Below are positions 57,823 through 64,000 of a DNA stretch of 64,000 nucleotides, in pieces. The stretch spans positions 2,042,283 through 2,106,282 of the forward strand of contig CAXVYR010000004.1 of the NCBI GenBank assembly GCA_963666975.2, given 5' to 3'. This DNA comes from Terriglobia bacterium (lineage in GTDB: Bacteria; Acidobacteriota; Terriglobia; 2-12-FULL-54-10). The position numbers and the translations under genes were made by a program. Each line of letters opens with the position of its first letter. The first letter of the stretch is position 1. The notes beneath the pieces are model-generated. The model did not search any database. It saw nothing but the letters and a program-made list of their open reading frames with translations, and was not told the DNA's origin.

Positions 57823-58037
57823 CCGCTTTTGCCCCGCCAGCCCAGGAAATTTACACCGGTTAAAGAGTTGAAGCGGCGGGCGCCTGCGGGGAATTAATAA
57901 TTGGAAAAGCCCATCTCCTCAGCTGAACCGCTCACCCCGACATAGATAAGATTTCGGGCAATCATGAAAGGGCACACAGTTGCTCTTCGCCTGGGCAGGA
58001 TGGGCACGCCCGGCCGTTATTATTGGGGATACCCCGA

Positions 58038-59708
58038 ATGCAGACGTTCAACGCCATACTGTCAGCGGTCAACGGCATCCTTTGGCACGACGCGGTCCTC
58101 TACGTCATCCTCGGCGTCGGCGCGCTCCTGGTAATCTGGACCAAGTTCGGGCCCCTCGTTGCGCTCACACACGGCGTAGCCATCATCCGGGGCAAGTTCG
58201 ACGACAAGAATGACCCGGGCGCAATCAACCACTTCCAAGCTCTTTCAGCAGCCCTTTCAGCAACGGTCGGCCTCGGCAACATCGGCGGGGTCGCAGTGGC
58301 GATCTCACTGGGTGGCCCCGGAGCCGTGTTCTGGATGTGGGTCATCGGCATCGTCGGGATGGCGCTCAAGATGACCGAAGTCACCCAGTCCATGCTCTAC
58401 CGGAACACGGCCGACCCGGACAACCCGCACGGTGGACCGATGTTTGTCGTCAGCCATGGACTGGCAGCGATGAACCCTGCGCTTGCGGGCCTCGGACGCT
58501 GGATCGGGTATGTCTTCTGTGTCACGTTGCTCATTTCGACAGTCACGGGCGGCAACATGTTCCAGGCATGGAATGCGGGCAACGTAACGGAACTGAATTT
58601 TGGCGTTCCGGAGCTGCTCACGGGTCTCGTTCTAGCCGTTATCACGGCGCTCGTGATCATCGGCGGGATCAAACGGATCGGCGCGGTCGCCGGCAGGCTC
58701 GTACCGTTCATGTGTGGACTGTATCTGGTGGCAAGCGCTTACGTCCTGATTGTCAACTTTGCGGGCATTCCCGATCTGATTCGGTTGATCGTCACATCAG
58801 CCTTCAACCCCGTCGAAGCCCAGGGAGCCTTCCTCGGAGGCACATCCGGCTATGCCTTTCTTTGGGGTATGAAGCGGGCCCTTTTCTCGAACGAGGCCGG
58901 TCAGGGCTCTGCGCCCATCGTGCATTGCGCAGCGCGAACCGACGAACCCGTGCGCGAGGGGATCGTCGCCGGCTTGGAACCGTTCATCGATACGATCATC
59001 GTCTGTACGCTGACCGCGCTCGTCATCCTGTCCAGCGGAGCCTGGAACCGGCCACCCGACGCAATGTTGGAAACTCCGGTGGTGGTTGAGGCGGAGTCAG
59101 GTCAGTGGACTCTTGAGTCGGGACTACTGCCGCCGAACCCCCTCTGGCAGGCAGGGCAGGACGTTTTTACGGTCCTCGACACCGGCCTCGTAAGCGAACA
59201 GACCGGGGCATCGCTGGTCGAGCTCTTCGGAATGGTGCAGGAATCCAACGGAGAGTACAGCGTTGAGTGGGGCGCCTACACCGGCAACCGGGCCCCTACC
59301 ATCCACACGGGCGGCGTCTACGTCGTTTACACCGGCGCCAGTCTGACTAGCTACGCCTTCGATCGCGTGCGTCCGGGCCTCGGCCGTTGGCTCGTGACAC
59401 TCGCTTCGTGGCTCTTCGCGGTCTCCACAATGATCTCGTGGAGCTATTATGGAGAGCAGGGCATCGTTTTTATGCTGGGCACCAAGTGGGTTCGAACTTA
59501 CAAGATCATCTACTGCCTGCTCATCCTCGTGGCTACTTCCGGGTTCGTCACGACGGACGCGGAACTGGATGCGCTGACCGGGCTGGGGACGGGATTCATG
59601 CTTTTCGCCAACATTCCGATCATCCTGATTTTCAGCCGTCAGGCAATGACCAAGTACCACGAGTACATCGGGCGGTTGCGCTCCGGCAAGATGCAGCCTA
59701 ACGCGTAA
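58038..59708 (+). CDS. Alanine/glycine:cation symporter (AGCS) family transporter
   Basis: FQALSAALSATVGLGNIGGVAVAISLGGPGAVFWMW. 556 aa, polytopic. Confidence 0.9.
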   Translation: MQTFNAILSAVNGILWHDAVLYVILGVGALLVIWTKFGPLVALTHGVAIIRGKFDDKNDPGAINHFQALSAALSATVGLGNIGGVAVAISLGGPGAVFWMWVIGIVGMALKMTEVTQSMLYRNTADPDNPHGGPMFVVSHGLAAMNPALAGLGRWIGYVFCVTLLISTVTGGNMFQAWNAGNVTELNFGVPELLTGLVLAVITALVIIGGIKRIGAVAGRLVPFMCGLYLVASAYVLIVNFAGIPDLIRLIVTSAFNPVEAQGAFLGGTSGYAFLWGMKRALFSNEAGQGSAPIVHCAARTDEPVREGIVAGLEPFIDTIIVCTLTALVILSSGAWNRPPDAMLETPVVVEAESGQWTLESGLLPPNPLWQAGQDVFTVLDTGLVSEQTGASLVELFGMVQESNGEYSVEWGAYTGNRAPTIHTGGVYVVYTGASLTSYAFDRVRPGLGRWLVTLASWLFAVSTMISWSYYGEQGIVFMLGTKWVRTYKIIYCLLILVATSGFVTTDAELDALTGLGTGFMLFANIPIILIFSRQAMTKYHEYIGRLRSGKMQPNA

Positions 59709-59856
59709 TTCAAGGCGTGCGGCAGTTCCGGCGCGTACCCCCATCAATGCCAATCAATAGAGGTACCCGCTACGTTTTCGGCTACAGTGCTAAAAATCTC
59801 AGTGAAAATGGTGGTCAGTGGGGTGGTTTAACCCGCAACAGGTCAACAAGATGGAA

Positions 59857-59934
59857 TGGTAGGCGCGAGAGGGCTCGAACCTCCGACCTCTACCGTGTCA
59901 AGGTAGCGCTCTAACCAAACTGAGCTACGCGCCT
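59857..59934 (-). tRNA. tRNA-Val (anticodon GAC), CCA encoded
   Basis: The cloverleaf was folded by hand: acceptor AGGCGCG/CGCGCCT, D arm GCTC-AGTTTGGTTA-GAGC, anticodon arm CTACC-TTGACAC-GGTAG, variable AGGTC, T arm GGAGG-TTCGAGC-CCTCT, then A-CCA. 78 nt. Confidence 0.9.
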
Positions 59935-59937
59935 AAA

Positions 59938-60238
59938 CTACTCATTATACAGCCTTTTTGCTCGCAACCGGAGCCGCCTCTCACGCCTCCGGGGCCCGAT
60001 TGGGGCCCGGTTGGAAACCTCGGCCCGGTCGAGCTTTTTCACCGCGTCTATTTTATTCTTGTCAGCTGTGTGTGCATAGCGCGCGGTCGTGGTTATTTTA
60101 GCATGGCCCAGTAATTGTTGCACCGTGATCAGGTCCACGCCCTGCAGGACAAGCCGGGTGGCAAATGTGTGCCGAAGATCGTGGAACCGAATATGAGCAA
60201 TACGGGCGATGCGAACCGCTTTTCGGAACCCCTTTTTG
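59938..60238 (-). pseudogene. C-terminal fragment of a tyrosine recombinase/phage integrase, truncated by the IS6-family element
   Basis: IRFHDLRHTFATRLVLQGVDLITVQQLLGHAKITTTARYAH covers box II with the catalytic Tyr. The first 4 codons of the listed ORF (ATG ACA ATG CCC; nt 60239-60249 of them) lie inside the IS terminal repeat. Confidence 0.8.
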
Positions 60239-61033
60239 GGCATTGTCAAGTTAACGGCGCGAAGGCGTTTTGCCCTGGAGATCGTCCGAGGTTTCTACTT
60301 TTCAGCAGGCACACGTCGCCGTCTTCCAGTCAGTGAAAGCTCGCTCCCGCAGGAGTCGATGATGGATCGCTTTGAGATGATGACGTGCGACCCGGAACAG
60401 GTTGTGAATCGGGCCGTGGACCGAGAGGAATCGTTGAAGCTGTGCCGCTGATTTGAATCGACGCATCTGGCGTTCCTGCTCTCTGGTGTGCTGGTGCTAG
60501 ACTTCAGCTCGGTTGTTTTGGTATTGCCCGGTTCGATGGGTGACGGATGGGAACACCTCTCGGTGCGCAGCCGGATAGGTCCGCAGCTTGTCGGTAACAA
60601 GTTGCAGCGGTGGCCTCTCTTGGTGCTTCAACACCTTGCGAAAGAAGCGCTTGGCGGCTCTCTTGTCTCGGTGGCGTGTGACCAAAATATCCAGGACATC
60701 GCCGTCCTGGTCCACCGCTCTCCAAAGATAATGCCGCTCGCCGCGGATCGTGATGAACAGCTCGTCCACATGCCAGATGTCACCGAGACGACCTTGTCGC
60801 CGCCGCAGAGTTCGGGCGTACTCCGGTCCAAACTTCCGGCACCAAGATCGGATGGCTTCGTAGGACACCGTGACGCCACGCTCGGCGAGAAGGTCCTCGC
60901 AATCGCGAAAGCTGAGCGTGAACCGATGATACAGCCAAACGGCATGGCTGATGATTTCGGGTGGAAACCGGTGCCGTCGATACAGTGATCCCATCGGTCG
61001 ATTGTCGCCGACGGACGTTAACTTGACAATGCC
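60239..61033 (-). mobile_element. IS6-family insertion sequence (795 bp), perfect 18-bp terminal inverted repeats, no target-site duplication
   Basis: GGCATTGTCAAGTTAACG lies at 60239-60256 and its reverse complement at 61016-61033. The flanking 8-mers differ: CCTTTTTG versus GTCTCCCC. Confidence 0.9.
60302..60994 (-). pseudogene. IS6-family transposase with a single in-frame TAG
   Basis: YRRHRFPPEIISHAVWLYHRFTLSFRDCEDLLAERGV...QYQNNRAEV-TAG(60497-60499)-HQHTREQERQMRRFKSAAQLQRFLSVHGPIHNLFRVARHHLKAIHHRLLRERAFTDWKTATCAC-stop. The same frame is kept throughout; 231 codons. Confidence 0.85.
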
Positions 61034-61133
61034 GTCTCCCCCGTTCCGCCTCGATTTCGGCCCATTTCTCGGCAGGCATTAGCGCCACGGCCTGCCAAAT
61101 AACCGGCGGGTATTCCTCTCGCCAATCTGCCAT
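61034..61133 (-). pseudogene. 5' fragment (33 codons) of an unknown gene, cut by the IS6 end
   Basis: MADWREEYPPVIWQAVALMPAEKWAEIEAERG has an AGAGGA RBS and then runs directly into the IS terminal repeat at 61033. Confidence 0.4.
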
Positions 61134-61145
61134 ATTTCCTCTAAA

Positions 61146-61364
61146 TCAGAGCGCCCGCTCTGCGACGTACAAATCGTGAAGCCAGGGATACTTCTTTTTC
61201 GCGGCGTCCAGTCCTGCCTCAAAATTTCCAGTAGACAGCGATTTTGCAATTTCGTCATAAAGGTGCCCGTAGTTACTGAAGCCCAGCTTTTGCAATTTCT
61301 TCCACCGGTCACAGGCAACTGGGGGTATACTCGCAACCGGTACAGAGTGAAAAACTAATTCCGG
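61146..61364 (-). other. Open frame without an obvious start; possible 3' fragment of an unknown gene
   Basis: ...ACDRWKKLQKLGFSNYGHLYDEIAKSLSTGNFEAGLDAAKKKYPWLHDLYVAERAL-stop. The stop is 12 nt before the next start. No ATG or GTG in frame. Confidence 0.3.
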
Positions 61365-61683
61365 TTATATTGAAAGTTGTTTTCCATCCTTTCTTGAAGG
61401 TTGAACGGCGGTTCGGCCGGAATCGAATAGGACTCGGTGCCAAGTTAGAAGGAGAACCGCCGAATGAAGGGAAAATATCACGTTTTGGAACTGGGTTGAA
61501 GCAGAAGTTTTCAACGGACAGATGCTGTTCGGTGGTGGTTTGTTCTAAATCTGGAATAACTACCGCGAGGTTAGGTGCCTTTTTCCAGAAGGAAATTGGG
61601 ACGAGACAGCAACAGCAGGTGTAGGAAGCATCCCACGCCGTGCTGGAGGCGCTGAAGCACGCCAGCCGGCCAGGGGAGGATTC

Positions 61684-63189
61684 ATGCGCGTACCGGTACC
61701 GCTCGTCATCCTGATAGTCCTGGCGTTCTGGGCTGCCGGCGCGATGCACGCGCAAATCAGCAATCCGATTGCGGAACCGATCGTCAAACGTGGACTGAGC
61801 GTCGAGATCCGGGAGATCGCGCGCCTGCCCGATACGAGCGAGCTATACCCCGCCGATCTGGACCGTGGCGGGTGGGCGCGCGTCAACTATGTCCGCGACC
61901 TGGCGGACGGTCGGCGTTTCGCCAACGACTCGCGCGGTTTCCTGTACCTGCTCGACCGCAACAACCAGCCCTCTCTGTACGCCGACATCGGGGCCGCCTT
62001 CCCGCTCTCTTTCTACGACACCCTGGTGGGTGGGTTCATCGGTTTCGAGTTCCACCCGGAATTTGCGCAGAACGGGTTGTTCTACACGTCGCATATCGAG
62101 CGGGCGATGAGGAATCCCGCGACGCCGGACTTCATTCCGCCGGGGTTCACGCAATCCGATGTCAACTTTCACAGCGTCATCACGGAATGGCGCGCGACAA
62201 ACCCGGCGGCGACCGTCTTCGAGGGTACCCGGCGGGAATTGCTGCGCGTCGGACATGTCGTCGAACGTATTGGCCATCCCATCAGCCACCTCGAGTTCAA
62301 TCCTACGGCCCAACCCGGAGACCCCGACTACGGTCTGCTCTACACGAGCGGGAGCGATTTCGGATTCGGCAACGGCGGAGGGCCGAATGCGAACAATCCC
62401 GGCCAGACGCAGCGCCTGGACACAGTGGCCACCGCCATCCTGCGGATCGATCCGCGGAGCCCGTCCGAGTCGGGAGGGACCAAAGGACTCGGAGATTACA
62501 CGATTCCACCGATCAACAAATTCGCCGCGGACGACGACCCCGAGACGCTTGGGGAGATCTACGCCTACGGCTTCCGGAACGCCCACAAGCTCTCGTGGGA
62601 CCTCACCGACGGGACGATGTTCGCCTCGGATATCGGCGAGAGCAACATCGAGGAGATCAACATCGTTCGCGAAGGCCTTAACTACGGCTGGATGCAGCGC
62701 GAGGGGTTTTTCGATAACGGCGTGACGAGGCCGGGCGGAGTGCTCAACCAGGTATTCCCGCTGCCGGCGGAGATTCTGAACGGGCAGAGCCAGGACGGGT
62801 TCACGTACCCCGTGGCGATCTACGATCACAACGACGGGCAGTCCGTGACGGGTGGTTTCGCCTACCACGGGCGCATTCCCGCACTCCGTGGCAAGTTCGT
62901 GTTTGGTGACATCGTGCGTGGACGTCTGTTTGTGGCCGACCTCGCCGCGATGAAAGAGGCGGATGACGGGATCCCACAGACTGTAGCGCCCGTCGAGGAG
63001 ATCCAGCTTTACGTACGCGACGCCAGTGGCAACCGCACGTATGTCACGCTCCGGGAGCTCGTGGAGGCAGCGATGGGCGCAACGGTCACTCGCGCAGACC
63101 TGCTAATCAGTCGCAGCGGCAACGGCGAGATCTTCATCACGTCGAGGCAGGACGGCATCATCCGGATGCTCGTTACGGATTCCGACTAA
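61684..63189 (+). CDS. PQQ-dependent sugar (glucose/sorbosone) dehydrogenase family beta-propeller, secreted
   Basis: Signal peptide. YAYGFRNAHKLSWD, LNYGWMQREG and TGGFAYHG. 501 aa. Confidence 0.8.
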   Translation: MRVPVPLVILIVLAFWAAGAMHAQISNPIAEPIVKRGLSVEIREIARLPDTSELYPADLDRGGWARVNYVRDLADGRRFANDSRGFLYLLDRNNQPSLYADIGAAFPLSFYDTLVGGFIGFEFHPEFAQNGLFYTSHIERAMRNPATPDFIPPGFTQSDVNFHSVITEWRATNPAATVFEGTRRELLRVGHVVERIGHPISHLEFNPTAQPGDPDYGLLYTSGSDFGFGNGGGPNANNPGQTQRLDTVATAILRIDPRSPSESGGTKGLGDYTIPPINKFAADDDPETLGEIYAYGFRNAHKLSWDLTDGTMFASDIGESNIEEINIVREGLNYGWMQREGFFDNGVTRPGGVLNQVFPLPAEILNGQSQDGFTYPVAIYDHNDGQSVTGGFAYHGRIPALRGKFVFGDIVRGRLFVADLAAMKEADDGIPQTVAPVEEIQLYVRDASGNRTYVTLRELVEAAMGATVTRADLLISRSGNGEIFITSRQDGIIRMLVTDSD

Positions 63190-63274
63190 CACTTGCACGG
63201 TCGATCTGACCTGTCCGGCCCTTTTAGTACTACCTGAAGTGAGAGAAAATCTCATAAAGACGGCCATCCGCATT

Positions 63275-63346
63275 GGGTTCCGCTCCACACGGTGGTAATG
63301 GCCCAGGGACTAACATAGAATGTGGACCAACAACCGAGGCTGGTCA
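63275..63346 (+). mobile_element. Second solo right-end relic of an IS3-family element
   Basis: GGGTTCCGCTCCACACGGTGGTAATGGCCCAGGGACTAACATAGAATGTGGACCAACAACCGAGGCTGGTCA aligns to 37712-37783 of the intact copy and ends in GGTCA. Confidence 0.7.
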
Positions 63347-64000
63347 TGCTGATACCACCAACAGTCGGTTGCGGAAGCACCCATTCTGGCCATGTTCTAC
63401 CTCTCCACAGTCTAGGGAAATAGAGGTCCGCACTCAACCGTTTGACGGGGTAGGCTATACGAAAGGGAAAAGTGCTACACCCCCTGGAGGAGCCACACGC
63501 CCAATTGGTCAAGGTGCACACTAAGAGGGATAACTGCTGGTCAAGTTTGTTGATTTGATTTTCAAATAGATAATTGACTTTTGGGGCAAGCGATGAGTAT
63601 TATTCTATTTTGTAAGGCAACGAAGGATACAGACAGAGACCCATCCTCTGTCTGTAATTTAGCCATCTCTCACCACGCAAGGGCGTGGGCTAAACAAAGC
63701 GATCCCAGAAAAAAGGTGAGATGCACCTAGAAGGGGTTTCTTTTGTTTATGCCTGCGACCCGCCGTCCGAAAAATCATGACAATTCAACCCAGATTGAAT
63801 TTCATCTTCGTATCCCACACGATAGCGATCATCGCTTCCTAATCTGGCTTCTCCGAGTCGTGCTGCTTATTGCAGGGAGTGTGTATGCAGGGAAGGAGAT
63901 TTGGAAGATTCTATCAGGATGACTCTGCTTGCTTCATCACTTTGCGAAGTTTGAAAAAGTGAGGCCAACACAATTCTCCAATCCGACAACGGTTTCTCAA

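Noticed and set aside
57830-58037. A glycine riboswitch upstream of the alanine/glycine:cation symporter.
   Set aside because: AGCS genes are often glycine-riboswitch controlled. However, the leader lacks the conserved GGAGAG...CACCGAAGGGGCAA / CTCTGGAGAG core elements. A covariance-model scan would be the decisive test.
51766-63346. A composite transposon delimited by the two outward-facing IS3 right-end relics.
   Set aside because: There is no matching target-site duplication (ATTT versus TGCT flanks). The two relics are diverged. The segment contains a tRNA gene plus other independent IS scars. Successive insertions and deletions in a hotspot are more likely. The idea is kept only as a remark in the findings.

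Overview
High-G+C bacterial chromosomal segment. Gene content and repeat style look Acidobacteriota-like, but the taxon is inference only. About two thirds of the window is housekeeping: a GT4 glycosyltransferase, rhomboid, rlpA, HIT, xseA, ndk, sucCD, trpD, an aroD/E fusion with trpE and trpG, H+-PPase, hemD, hemE-hemH-hemY, prohibitin, an acyl-CoA desaturase and a cold-shock protein. The largest coherent unit is a ~14.5-kb run of tightly packed or overlapping genes at 20361-34889. It is a MoxR / DUF58 / vWA Bat-like operon of 8 genes, followed by a PilZ gene. It carries two protease-like modules: a legumain/caspase-fold protein whose catalytic Cys position is Ser, and a TPR protein with HExxH. 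Accessory insertions of interest are: (i) a 1-kb low-GC single-gene cassette flanked by a perfect 21-bp direct repeat, encoding a proteasome-beta/HslV-like protein (1736-2772); (ii) a 2-kb toxin-antitoxin/abortive-infection islet (7830-9790) holding a nested palindrome, a frameshifted orphan antitoxin and a higB-higA-HEPN (AbiU2-like) three-gene module; (iii) a decayed respiratory/transport region (35.4-40.0 kb) with an IS3-family element inserted into an nrfD-like gene with a 4-bp TSD; (iv) a plasticity zone from ~50.3 kb to the window end. That zone holds an internally deleted rve-type IS with ~50-bp TIRs, two solo IS3 ends, an IS1380 relic, tRNA-Val, an integrase fragment cut by an IS6-family element, and lower-GC cargo genes. 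Several accessory genes carry frameshifts or in-frame stops while all large housekeeping ORFs are intact. No rRNA or CRISPR array was seen. Family names come from motif recognition by eye. No database search was run.
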